Assembly: GCA_965644295.1 (NCBI GenBank)
Contig: CBFFRP010000363.1
Span: 620,001 to 684,000 of the forward strand
Length of the DNA: 64,000 bases
Reading direction: 5' to 3'
DNA from: Paraphysomonas bandaiensis
Taxonomy: Eukaryota > Protista > Chrysophyceae
Position 1 is the stretch's first letter. Every line of letters begins with the position of its first letter. The notes under the pieces are model-generated. The model ran no database searches, had not been told where the DNA came from, and was given only the letters and a program-made list of their open reading frames with translations. The translations under genes and the position numbers were made by a program. Positions 1 through 11,949 of this stretch are shown here, piece by piece.

Positions 1-92
1 CTGCAGCACCGAGCCATGACCTCTGGAAAGTTTATTTCTTTCTTCACAGGGGAGAAAGACGGTAGAGCTGCCTTGCCTGGAGATCGGGGCAT
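1..92 (-). CDS. possible 5' end of a gene running off the window
   Basis: ATG at 92 opens a frame to the window edge (MPRSPGKAALPSFSPVKKEINFPEVMARCC), preceded by the TATAC/GTAT-rich tract seen upstream of other genes; no motif recognised. Confidence 0.3.
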   Translation of the reverse strand, partial: MPRSPGKAALPSFSPVKKEINFPEVMARCC

Positions 93-633
93 CACAAGAC
101 GGTTACATTACCATAAACGATGCCAGTCAACGGACAACAAGTCGAGTAATTGTTGATGTCTAGATCACCAGCTACCAGCTACCAGCTACAGTTGCTGGAT
201 ATATGAATCAATCATCTCTCTATATATGAGAGAGATGATACTGTATAGGTATACGGTATACCATAGCAGTAGTATGGTATGCAGTATGCAGTGATAATAA
301 GATACTGTACACTGCAGTGATACTACACTGCACTACTTGGATGACTTGCTGCCAATAATTTCCTGTAAACGTATTATGATTGGTTCGGCATAATCTATAT
401 GCAGCAGTATCTCTGTATACCAAGCAGCTTCAGTGCCGAGAGCGAGTGATCTTGGTGGATATGTTCCATCATACGTGCTCGTGCTCATCCATCCATATGG
501 TAGGAAATTTCGATGAATTAGAGTTGGAGAAACCATATGAGGAAGTCCACTTTAGGAGTGCAGCAGATGCTTTACTTCAACAGCGACACATTGGAGGAAA
601 GAACCTCTGCTCACATTTTCTTGTACTGAGATC

Positions 634-2044
634 ATGTTTACCCTCCTTTGTTTTATTATATTTTTATGCACAGTTATGTTATCTCGAGGTCACGGGTTCC
701 TTGCGAGACCTGTTTCCCGAAACGCTGTGGGTATCGAGTCGAATGGTTTCTGCCAATGGGGTGATCGCATACCTTGCACTGGATGTGCTCATTGCTTTAA
801 TCAACCGGAGATCACTACTGGATGTGGAATTATCCAGAGTAGAACTGGCGTTAGCGTGTACGGAAATGGGGAACTTTCTTATGCGAATACAGGTGGCTCG
901 CTTATTTCTTCGACTTAGTTTCTAACTTTAATCAGGTGTGAAAACAACTTACATGAGTGGCCAAACTGTTTCCATGGAAGTTATTATCCCTGTTTATCAC
1001 GGGGGACATTTTCAGTTCCGTATACAAGATGTTGGCGATAATAGCGACCCGGATGGCTCCCAATGGCGAAACCTTGAGCCTCTAACTGTTGAGTCCTTTT
1101 ACCCTCAGTGCGACGATGTATCACAGGGTTGCGGTCCAGACCCTTGTCTATCTGAAAAAACTTGTGCTACTATTCCTTTGCGCAAGTATGGCGTACACAA
1201 TGATCATTATATCATTAACGTAACGCTTCCTCATGGACTAGTTTGCAGCCATTGTGTGCTACAGTGGCACTGGTTAACAGGGAATAGCTGCTGGCCAGAC
1301 TGGGTTGCTTGTGAAGGATCTGAGGAATTCTGGAACTGTGCTGATCTAGAGATTCTTCCCTCTGACTACACCCCGCCGCCTACAGCTGGCCCACCTCCGA
1401 CTCCAACACCTGCTTGCTCTACTGAATTGGGTGAAATAACTTGCTCGGGACATGGCATTGTTAAATGTCCTCCAGATGTATGCTGGCGTCCTGTGTGGAA
1501 GTGGCCAAATGACTACTGCGAGTTACGAACCTCACCATGCGCAGGTTGGGAACGAGACCAAGGAGGGTTGTCTTGGGAGCAGTGCTGCGCGTATGGGGGT
1601 CACTGCAAGGGCACAGGGCTATCTAACCCCCACCCGGAATTATGCCAATGTCAATGTTTTGATGGATATACAGGGGAGAATTGCAATATTTGTGCATACG
1701 AGTTTAATACCACTCTAACTGCCCCACCATCCTTTTCTCCAACCCTTCGTCCGACTGTGAGCCCCACTAATCCTCCTTCACCTAGACCATCACCAGACAG
1801 AGATTGTGAAAACCAGTGTTATTCAACTACTCCTTGTAGTGTATGGTACTATAATCTAGTTGACAGCTGGTGTCAAATTGACTGTGCACACTTGACAGAA
1901 CGCTATCCGTCAAGATGTATCACAGGGTGTCGTGATACTTCGTATGATAATACCGTGACTTCTCTACAGGACACTGTTTCCCGCTTGCTCTTTGGAGTGG
2001 AAAAATACTCCGCTGATTCCGACAGGAAACTTCGCGGAGCTTAA
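634..2044 (+). CDS. secreted AA15-like lytic polysaccharide monooxygenase with Pro/Thr linkers and Cys-rich (EGF-like) C-terminal modules
   Basis: Two exons, 634-892 and 936-2044, joined in frame across a 43-nt GT..AG intron. Signal peptide ends at His (codon 691): HGFLARPVSRN. Motifs YHGGHFQF, LPHGLVCSHCVLQWHWLTGNS and EEFWNCADLEI; EGF-like CQCFDGYTGENC. Confidence 0.88.
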
Positions 2045-2298
2045 TCTTTTTACAGCTGTGTGACATCATCGTTTTTAGATGAATAATTTCTGTTCGCCAC
2101 ATATGCAAATCAGCGCATGCAATAAAGCCAGTGTGTGCAATGAATACAAGCCTATGACTATAGCAAGTCAATACTATGCTTGTTCCAATAAACTGATCTG
2201 AGATATATATGATAAACTGATAAGAATCTACATCATTATAGTAAAAGGCAATCAGCTACTGATTATCAGAAATCAAGTAAGCTGTATTTAATTTAAAG

Positions 2299-5169
2299 GG
2301 GATGTATTATTCAACCTAGTCAATTTGGTTGACTTTCCTAGTCACACCAAAATTGGTGTAATAACCTAGTCAAAAGGTGTAAAAACCTAGTCATTAAATA
2401 ATTAGATTTTTAACTTTACAATGACTAGGTTGACTAGGTTGACTAGGTGGAATTGAGTATTCACCTAGTCAAACAGGGGAGCATACTATAGCCATAAATT
2501 AGAATTCTATATGCCTCACACTTCGTCTTCACAGTCGAATGCAAATTGGGCTGTTTCTGATGACCAAGTCCGGTGTAGCTCCACAGCAATCTTCATTTCA
2601 TGGGCATCGAACCCCACAATCTTCGGATGAGCAAGGATGTCATCTGGAGCATCAGAAAACCGACACTGCCAGCGAAGAATTTTTTTATTTCTGTGGTTCG
2701 GCACCACGCGGTAATCCACGCACATACCATTCAGGTACTGTGGGTGGCGAACATACGCGTTCTTCCAGTCCCCTGGCTTAAGGGCCTCCACATCTATGGG
2801 GTCATCGTTGATAAGTGCCCTAGCTGCATTGCGAGGCCGGCCGCGTTTCCTTGCAGGCCTGATAGTGCTCGCCATGTGCTTTACATCAATGTCCCCTAAG
2901 GACATAATTAATATATGTAAGGGTGTGTAAGTGACATACACATACCTCGCAAGTGATGTACGGCTAGGGAGTGGGAGCAGTAACGACCATTGTCCCAAAA
3001 CTGCGGACAGCTGCAAATAAGAGAGGTATAGGTCCTACGCTTTATTTTGTAAGGAACTTCTCGAACAACAAACATACTGAGGAATCTGTTATATAGAATG
3101 ATTAGTACATAAATAAAGAAGTACAATATTTATTTCACCTCTCCCTACATTCCTCTACTTGATATGTGTCTCTTCCTTTAACGCAATGGAACATATCTAT
3201 GAAAGACTTGGTCATTCGATTCTCACCGGTGTGTTCAATGAACAAGTTTTTCTTTGAGTTCACATACCTATTATTAGAAAACTTATGTTACTGACGCATA
3301 TTATATAATAAATTAGAGTTACTAACCAATGGACTTCATTTCTACCTTTCACTACTACATCCATGCGTTTACAGTTTTGAGGACCTGGATCAATAATAGA
3401 GCATGCGCCAAGCAGGCAGTCTCGATGCACGTGACCATGTTGCAGTAAAGCAAGCTGATCATTACATAAGAAATTGACCCTAGTGACCCGGTACTTTTCT
3501 CGCAGATGTCTCAACATAGAAGGAATAGAGACCTCTATAAAATGTGCCATAGCCGCCCTCTCCTTAATCTGTAACTTAATAGATCGAAATAATGACTCCG
3601 ATGTATTGTTCTGCGGGGCGTGACCGGGTATGCCCGGTGCCCCTACGTTGAATGTACCCCCATTCCACTCCTCAGCGAGGTATACCTATAGTAGTGAATG
3701 TCGTCTTATTAGCAATAGCCGTGTATTAGAACTAGAAGCAAGGTATACCTTGCAAAACCAGTCTGCATAGTTGATAGGTGAATAGGTACCTGTACGTTGA
3801 TAACATAAGTCTAGGTGAAGTATATAATATCAGTAAAGTGTATACTTACAGTCTTGGAATGCAGATAGGACTGCAGCTCCTTCACTGAGTCCACTTTTAA
3901 AGTGCTTTTATGTAGAAATTTCTTTCGATTCGATACTTGGAGAACAGTGGGAGCAACGTGTCGGTACTCCGAGTGGCTTTTGTAAAAGTTGGAAATGTAT
4001 GTCGGCATGAAACCTTCGCGGATTTTCTCATCGACCTCGTCAATGATTTGAGGAGATATTCCCCTCGACTTGGGGACGTTTACATTGACGAGTGTACTAT
4101 GTACACCTCGCTCGTACACTTCTCCTGTCTTGAGCACTTTCACAAAGTGCTCACAGTCGTGGTGCATAACACACTTCTTCACCACCCCATTCCTCAGAGG
4201 ACTGTGCCAGGAATGACCCTTCACAATTTGCTCGATGGTGTTTTTCTGAGATTGTTGTATTTTTGTCCACTCAAAACCCCTTTTTTTCTTTGGCGGCGTA
4301 AAAAGCGGGATATTCGACAACTCATCGAAATCACTGTCCTCATCATTATCCCCAGTATCTTCGTCTGAAGATAATAAATACGGCCGCTTTTCCAAAGAAC
4401 TTGGAAGATCCGAAGATGTATCCGGAGTTCTGTCCACAACCTCGTTGACAAACACTTCTTCCTCTGAGCACTGACTCATAGAATCCATGTATAGATATAT
4501 ATATATTACTGCTATTATAATACATCAGATTACTTAATCTTAGAATGGTTGTTTATATGCTCTCCTCTAAACCACTAATACTTCGTATGGTATGGAGCAA
4601 GTATCTTGTACAGTCAGAATGTTTCAGCTTTGAAGCATCCAGCAAACTGCAAATCTTTTCAAGATGCGATTTGGTTTCCAAACCAGTCGTTTTCAGTATG
4701 TAGTTTGGTGTGTGAGAGGTTAGCGTGTTGTTGTCACACTTGTGCATGATAATTCATAGTTATATTACTAAATTAAGTGATGCTGATAGACCCCCCAGAG
4801 TACAAGGTTTCATCAATGCTTCTGAAGGCGACTGAAGGACATCCATGGAGATTGTGTTGAGAAAGAATGGTGTACAAAAGCCTACTTGAGCATTGGAGAG
4901 AGCGATGGAGTCCTGCCCATGCTGTTATATCTTACTATATTACTGCTCTTTAGCTTTGTGTTCGCCTGATCTATGTTGTATAGATTTTAATTCACCTTCT
5001 ATGACCTCATGCTTCTGTAATTCGTAGCTATATGCGAGTACAATTCATGACTAGGTTTAATACTATAATTGGCTAGGTTGAGTCATTTATTGCTTTGACT
5101 AGGTTATTACACCAATTTTGGTGTGACTAGGAAAGTCAACCAAATTGACTAGGTTGAATAATATATCCC
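2299..5169 (-). mobile_element. Mutator-like DNA transposon (MULE), internally deleted copy 1
   Basis: About 77-bp TIRs (GGGAT.TATTATTCAACCTAGTCAATTTGGTTGACTTTCCTAGTCACACC...); 9-bp TSD AATTTAAAG at 2290-2298 and 5170-5178; repeated ACCTAGTCA subterminal motif. Confidence 0.92.
2516..4488 (-). pseudogene. MULE transposase remnant (N-terminus, catalytic-E region, SWIM zinc finger, AT-hook-like motif, C-terminal domain)
   Basis: Spliced exons give VYLAEEWNGGTFNVGAPGIPGHAPQNNTSESLFRSIK (NNxxES motif), SWIM CSCPQFWDNGRYCSH and RKRGRPR; no region carrying the first two catalytic Asp residues is visible. Confidence 0.8.
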
Positions 5170-5436
5170 AATTTAAAGAGACCAATTGAATTTATGAAAG
5201 TATAGTTACTGCCATGAAAACTCTTCTCCAGGGCATAATATCCTACTTCCCCATAACTCTAAATGATAAACACAGGCAAACGCATGCTATAGCCATAACA
5301 TCTTTCACTTTACACAATTCAAGTAACAATAGCTTAACATATCAAATTTATAGGCTACACAAACAGCAAACTCCCAATTTCGTAAATTCAATAGTCTACG
5401 AAAACATCTCAATCATTAGCGTTAACAAACACATCA

Positions 5437-6224
5437 TCACAAAGAAAACAATGGACTTGCTATTCCAAACTTATTCTGTTCCCGTAGCGTTTTTTTAAGC
5501 TCAATATTCTCCTCTTTAACCCGCTTTACACTTTCTACAACAGCATCTTTACTGCCAATCAGGTGTTGTACCTATTACCGATTTTAGAACGATTGAAGTA
5601 AGCAAAAAACTCTACCTGCTCCTTGAGTTTATCCCTTTCAGTTTCAATTTCGCTCATTGCGTGAATCATGTTATCAATCTGTCTCTCCAGATCATGTGTA
5701 ACAAGTTTCTGCTGCTGCAGCTGTATCTTTGCTGTTTGAAGCTCTTTTTCAAGGGTGCTGCTGTGTTTGATCTGTGCCGAAGAGCACTTCTTGAAAGTAG
5801 ATTCTGACTCGTCTGCTGTGTTACCATCCATGGGTGAATCAACTTTATTTTGTAATATTAAATCCAAGGACTCGACATGTCGCTTTAGGGAGTCAATAGT
5901 TTCATAGCTTTCTGTTAATTCGTTTTCCAGCTCCTGTGACCGGCAGAAATATCTTTCAATATCATCATAAAGGTGTCGCTGCATCTCTGTAAGCTGGACA
6001 GCATGCTCAGCTGCCATCTCGTGAATTGCTCTTTCTTTCTCCTTTCTAAGCTCAACTGTGCTTTCAGCATATTTCGAAGCTTCCTCAGAGCGACACTTCA
6101 TGCACGTCTCAAGGTCCTTCTCGAGCTTTTTACAGCGGGCAATGAGTAGACGCCTCTCCTGCAATGCCGTGGCTTTAGCTGCATCAGATTCGAACACCTC
6201 ATCACCAACAGAACATGTGAACAT
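5437..6224 (-). CDS. coiled-coil protein of unknown function
   Basis: E/K/L/Q-rich ORF from 6224; an intron of about 44 nt (5615-5572) joins an in-frame last exon VQHLIGSKDAVVESVKRVKEENIELKKTLREQ...SL*; 5' structure uncertain. Confidence 0.6.
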
Positions 6225-6432
6225 TTTCTTATGCTTTCAGAGCCTCAATCATGTGGTATACTCGCTGGGTTCTGTGCGTATATGACCTGCAGGCAACACT
6301 AGAGGCGACAGGTCATATCGACCTACACCGGGTTGTGGAATGGTCATAGAGATAGCGGTGACCTCGAAACTGACCTGAAACTCTGCATCTCCAAGAGCAT
6401 AGAACCCATGTCTTCACCATGCTTCAACCACA

Positions 6433-6461
6433 AGAGCAGAGCAGAGCAGAGCAGAGCAGAG
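6433..6461. repeat. (GCAGA)n microsatellite
   Basis: agagcagagcagagcagagcagagcagag. Confidence 0.8.
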
Positions 6462-6654
6462 CTGTGAAGCAGTCGGCGTATCAAGATACTGCACGCAGCT
6501 GTGTTGCTATGTACCAAACTTGTGTTCTGCATGCTGTATTATGGGTATACCTGGCATACAGTGTACTCCCTACACCTTCACTCCCTGCGTATCAAGACGT
6601 TAATATACGACTAGATGAGGATAGAGCAGAGCATACAGTGCATTCAACTGGCTT

Positions 6655-6927
6655 ATGTTAGAAGTAACTGACCTTATAAGAAGATATACATTTGGAATCA
6701 ATGTTATCAGCTTCCTTGCATTCGGGCTAGACAAGTTGAGCGCAAGGAATAGTGGACCAAGAATTAGTGAGAACGCCTTATGCATTCTGGCTTTTAGTGG
6801 AGGTTGGCCTCTAGCCGCTGTTGCAATGTTGTTATTTAGCCACAAAACTAGGAAAACTTCATTCCTTGTTAGATACATGCTCTCTTCATTCGCTAATATA
6901 CTTGTAGTTATGTTTTTCAGTAAATAA
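6655..6927 (+). CDS. DUF1294-family small membrane protein
   Basis: INVISFLAFGLDKLSA...RISENALCILAFSGGWPLAAVAMLLFSHKTRK matches the DUF1294 pattern (N..F...G.DK..A...RI.E..L....GG..GA..AM..F.HKT.K). Confidence 0.8.
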   Translation: MLEVTDLIRRYTFGINVISFLAFGLDKLSARNSGPRISENALCILAFSGGWPLAAVAMLLFSHKTRKTSFLVRYMLSSFANILVVMFFSK

Positions 6928-8986
6928 GGAATGAACTGACAGGCATCCATTAAAGTTTGCGTTTTGAGTTGGTTGAGTTGTGAATTCTCTACCATCTTGA
7001 GTGTACTGGTCACGATAGTGCTGATCTGTTTAACTATGCTCACGATAGTTTCTGTCTAACGAGCTACACAGATCCATTTTAACTTCATAACTGCATCATG
7101 TTTTCTTGCGATTCCTCTGAGTACACATGTCGCTGACAACATCATTTAATAGTATCTGGCAGAATCTAAATAATATAATAATTCCTTGATTCAGGATGCT
7201 TAAACTTGAGCAGAACGACGAATTGAGTCGTTCTCGTTATTCTTATTGAGTTGGTACATCATCGATATCAGTGTAGGGTGTAGCATAATGCAATGAATTT
7301 ACAGCATATTCTATCGGACATATCCCTGTGCTTTAAATGAAGAAAAGACAAGCTGTAGTTGAAGTAGATTTGCTATATAAGATCTAATAATATCTGCTTT
7401 CGTTAATAGGTTCTTAGTTTGACTTTTTCATAGTAAGCTATAAGCTATTTTAACCAATATTAAAGTATTTCGATCTCATAAGTTCATAAGTGAACGATAA
7501 ACACTTCCTGTTCACAATGATGCTCCCATTATTGCCCAAGTGGCCACCAGAGAAACCTTACGTGATTTCCTCTCCAGTGATTACAATAGACACAAGTTCG
7601 ACGATCGGGCTAATACTCTCTCAATGATGATCGCTTAAGTATTGAATGAGAAACTTTACGGCATGTCGATTGACTCAAACTGAAGCAGCCATCAATAGCG
7701 CCAGGAACATGAGCGCCGCGTTATTATCAGCAGTTGTGCACAAAAGTGTGACTCTTGTTTCTAAATATCAAAAGCTACCTATATATAAGCGACGGTGTTA
7801 ATCACAAACTACATTCTAAAATATTAGTTCAGATTATCATTAAATTATTTCATTTGGTGTTTCGATTCATGGGCACTGCTTTATCTTCTTCGCAACATTC
7901 TTCTATTCGACCCATCTCATTTCAGGGCACATCAACACCAAAGTGTAGCCATTCTCTTCTATGGAAATATAGCCCTGGGCTCCAACCATCGCTGGCAACA
8001 CAATTAAACGTGCATGAGTGGTGTGCACAATCATATTGGTGTGATTATTATCCATATTGCCCACTGTCGTGTTAGGTGCAGTCGGTATATATTTTTTCTA
8101 CTTGTGCTTTAAATTTACAATCTAACGTTTCACGATCAAATGCTATGTGGTGCACTGCGGGTGTTACTGTGTGAAAAGAAGTGCGCGGATACCAGCCGGT
8201 ACCGACGACAAGCATTGACACTTGAAGCTTCTTGATCTGCAAGACTTACGAAGACGCTTGATTCTGAAGTTAAAAATAGCTACCGCCTCAGATGTGAAGT
8301 CATCTTTAAAATGGCCATCGATCAGCTCAGCACGCCGTAAGCTTCTCAGCTGAATTAGATCAAAATAACAAAAGATTTGTTTAGAATCAACACACACGGT
8401 TGCTTTCTTCTTGTTTGAAGATGTTAAAGCCGCAATGAACTCAGCAAGTAGAAAACTACCAAAAGCTAACACATTGTAAAATAAAGAACGTTATGGAACT
8501 GCCGTCTCACTAAAACATCTGGTTCCTAACGCCACTGATATTCCTTAATTATCAGGGCTACGGTACTCTCTCTATATGGATATCATGATCATCAACGCAG
8601 TCCTGCCCACTTATCGATCATTCGGCTGGCTGCCGCTCCGGTGCTGTGGACGATATGTACAGTACTATGAAGAACAGCCTGGCGTTTTTTTCAGTTCATG
8701 GAAACTACAGCAAAGTGCTGTACGGTATACTGGTAGACCTCGTATGTGTGCTGAGACACACACCAACACACAGCAGATGAACACAGAGCAGTTACATACC
8801 TACACACACACCTACCATATACATACACAGCACAATAGCTGCGCTTTGAATTACTTCATTGAGGCGGAGACGAGGAGTGCAGTGCTGTTGGGCTCTTAGA
8901 AACATAGTACTGCTCATTAATACATAATCAACCAGTTGATAGCACCCCCTACTTGAAACTGTATACAATATAGACTGTTCTTTAAA

Positions 8987-10717
8987 ATGAGCCACGAGTC
9001 AGAAGACCTTCGTGTAGCGGAGTTGCAGCAACTCCAGCGGGAGTATCGTCATATGGAGCTTAATCGGCGTGCCTATGCCGAAGAGAGCCAAATGGTACTG
9101 CGGAAACAGCAAACAACAATAGACAAGTTGCGAAAGGACAATGAGACGATTAAGAGCGAAATCGCCATGATGATGCGCAGCACAAGCAGGAATATATCAA
9201 GCAGTCAACAAGATACTGTAAATAAGTTGCAAGACCAGAGCGATAGAATGGCAAATGCAGTAGATTTTGAAAGAAGAAATATCCAGACAATGGAAGAGCA
9301 GATTCATATAATGAAACAGAAGGTGCTGCAACAGCGAAAGGCTATGGGTGGTGTTAACGCATCCAAAGAAAATTACCACATGATTCAAAAGCAGATACGT
9401 ATATTAGAGAACCGTTTGGACAAATCATTGGTGAAGTTTAATGAAGCAATTGCTCATAACAAAACCCTTCGCGACTCAATCGACGATTTGAGACGAGAGC
9501 GTGTTGTGTTTGAGAATATATATCGTAAGATGGAGCGAGAGCTACAAGAGAAGAAACAGAAAATGGCTGAGATCATAGAGGTATCGAATCAGTCGTATGA
9601 ACAAAGAGACACATATCAGATGGAAGTTGCAGCCATAGAACAAGCGAACCGCAAGGAACAGGAGGAATTCGAGGAACAAATGGTTGAGCTTGGGCGGATG
9701 CTTGAGACAGAGTTGAAGCTACCTGGCCCATCCCGACCAGCTAGTCGTGTCACTACCATGAGTTCTACCCAAATGGCCAATGCTACAGAAGATGATACTC
9801 TTAAAAAGTCTGGAGCTACGTGGAATCAAAACGCAGAGAAGATGGATGTGCTTGCATCGTATGAACGTGTTCAGAACTTCGAAGAAGCTTTTAATAAGAT
9901 TAAGGCAGCTACTGGCATCACCGACATTGATGAACTTGTCAAAACGTTCATTAAAAATGAAGACCACAATTTCAGTTTATTTAATTATGTGAATGAGCAA
10001 AACAATGAAATCGAGAAGCTGGACGAGCAGATCCAGATGCTTCGAGAGGAGGAGCGAAAGTTTGCCCACGAAAGTGGCGAGGATGTACACCAGCATAAGC
10101 AGATATTAAAGGAGCTAGAGGCGAAACTTCAGAACTCCGAGTCGATGGCTGAGAAGTATGAGATTCGATGTCAGGACCTACAACGTATTATTGAATCTCT
10201 GAAGCGGGGCATTCAGAGCGTATACGAAAAGTTAGAAGTGGACGAGGACAGTTTCGTGGATCCAACTGTTACTGAGAGCAACATGGTTCACTACCTGGGA
10301 GTCGTGGAGCAACAAGCCAACCGTATCTTGCGGTCATACGCTGAGATTCGTCAGGAACTACTTCAGCCGTCAATGTCCGCATCTCAGCTTGCAACTGTGG
10401 ACTACGATTCCAATGAGGGAAAAGAGTCTCCAGGAGCTGGAGCTTCACCTAGCAAAACCGCTACTCTGACATCGGTGCTAGGTGTGGGACCAAAGGTGCC
10501 AATGGGACAGGATCTGTTACATGTTAACCCTCCTAAGCTGGACGATTACCAGTCCGATGATGAGGAGGATGACGAAGAGGATGATACCCGGCCACTCACG
10601 AGGGATGAGCTCAAAGCCAGGACACTCAATCGGCTGCAAAAACGTGGACACCAGAGCAACTCTAATAAAGGAAAGGCCAAAGGAAAGTCCAAGACAACTA
10701 TGGCGGCCACTCGTTAG
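8987..10717 (+). CDS. ODAD1: outer dynein arm-docking complex subunit (ODA1/DC2, CCDC114/CCDC63 family)
   Basis: Intronless 576-aa coiled coil with QIRILENRLDKSLVKFNEAIAHNKTLRDSIDDLRRER, FIKNEDHNFSLFNYVNEQNNEIEKL, VTESNMVHYLGVVEQ and RPLTRDELK. Confidence 0.88.
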   Translation: MSHESEDLRVAELQQLQREYRHMELNRRAYAEESQMVLRKQQTTIDKLRKDNETIKSEIAMMMRSTSRNISSSQQDTVNKLQDQSDRMANAVDFERRNIQTMEEQIHIMKQKVLQQRKAMGGVNASKENYHMIQKQIRILENRLDKSLVKFNEAIAHNKTLRDSIDDLRRERVVFENIYRKMERELQEKKQKMAEIIEVSNQSYEQRDTYQMEVAAIEQANRKEQEEFEEQMVELGRMLETELKLPGPSRPASRVTTMSSTQMANATEDDTLKKSGATWNQNAEKMDVLASYERVQNFEEAFNKIKAATGITDIDELVKTFIKNEDHNFSLFNYVNEQNNEIEKLDEQIQMLREEERKFAHESGEDVHQHKQILKELEAKLQNSESMAEKYEIRCQDLQRIIESLKRGIQSVYEKLEVDEDSFVDPTVTESNMVHYLGVVEQQANRILRSYAEIRQELLQPSMSASQLATVDYDSNEGKESPGAGASPSKTATLTSVLGVGPKVPMGQDLLHVNPPKLDDYQSDDEEDDEEDDTRPLTRDELKARTLNRLQKRGHQSNSNKGKAKGKSKTTMAATR

Positions 10718-11412
10718 AGAATGGGATACTACGCAGTGCGCGTACGAGATGTGCGAAAATATGATTGCATTATGCATGCCTCAAATATCTCGCTACCATT
10801 GTAAATCGGCTGAAGTGTTTTTACATGCACAGTTACTGTTGTTGTTTCATTGAAGTACTTTGAAGTACGACTTGTACATTATCTAGTAAAGCTGTTTATT
10901 GAATAATTTATGAATTACGACGCAATTGACTCACTGATCCAGATTTCGGTACATCTGCACGCATGTATGGCTAGTTTACCTGAATGAAATAAAGGTTGTT
11001 ATGTGTATTACATCTGAAAACAAGGTAATTTCTTCAGTTAGCTCAAAAATTTAAGAAACGAAATGTTTGGGCAGTGGTCATGGTCATTATGAGAAACTCA
11101 CACAGTTATGTGTATCTGGTATATTATCACCATCATCAAACGTAACTAGCCAGCCTACAGTTAAAATTATTATGGATTATAATAGTGCCCCAGTAGGAGA
11201 ATCTATTAACACCTTATCATTGTAAAAACTATGGGAGTGTAATAAGAGAATAAATGGTTTATTTCCGTTTACAAAATATATCTTATTTCAATAAAAGTAT
11301 ACCTTAAAATATACCTTATTCGTGTTATTCGTGTCTACTATTACCACTACATATATAACAGGGGCACAGCCAGTGTATATTAACAATTTCTACTACCACT
11401 ATGACTCAGTAC

Positions 11413-11892
11413 CAGGGCTGCTTATCAATTAATTGTCAATTATTGAAATTGCAATAATTAAAATTTGGACATCAAATCAAATTATAATTATAATTGACTC
11501 CAGCTTGCTTCAATATATTGATATAAGAATACCACCTTTTAATACTGAAAAGTTGATAAAAAAAGGCATTTTTATTTCGAAAATCTAATTTTGACAATAA
11601 ATATCGAAGATTGACTAAAAACTATAATATTCATAGCAGGGCCTGGTAACCGTTAATGGTATGAGTGTTATGACTGATATGCTTAGAAGTATTATTTATG
11701 TATTTACGCATGACCCGTCGCCTCTGGAATGAAATGACAATTAAGGTAGCTATATTGGCAGCTAATGTAGTTTGGTACTAAATACTTGCAGTTAATTACA
11801 ATAATTGAAATTGAGACAGCAAGCAATAATTGCAATTATAATTGATTACAACCTGCGTAAATTAATTGACAATTAATTGTTACGCAGCCCTG
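11413..11892. mobile_element. hAT-type MITE (480 bp)
   Basis: Termini CAGGGCTGC..A.CAATTAATTGTCAATT and its inverted copy ending GCAGCCCTG; 8-bp TSD CTCAGTAC at 11405-11412 and 11893-11900. Confidence 0.9.
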
Positions 11893-11949
11893 CTCAGTAC
11901 AGGTTTGAAGAACCCCCTCCTCCCACTGTGTGTATTGTTAAAATATCTA

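Noticed and set aside
380-925. 181-aa plus-strand ORF overlapping the LPMO first exon
   Set aside because: No motif; the alternative frame gives signal peptide + His1 and splices in frame
7500-8480. Coding-like decayed sequence including a 102-aa minus-strand ORF
   Set aside because: Cannot be assigned to any family; frequent stops
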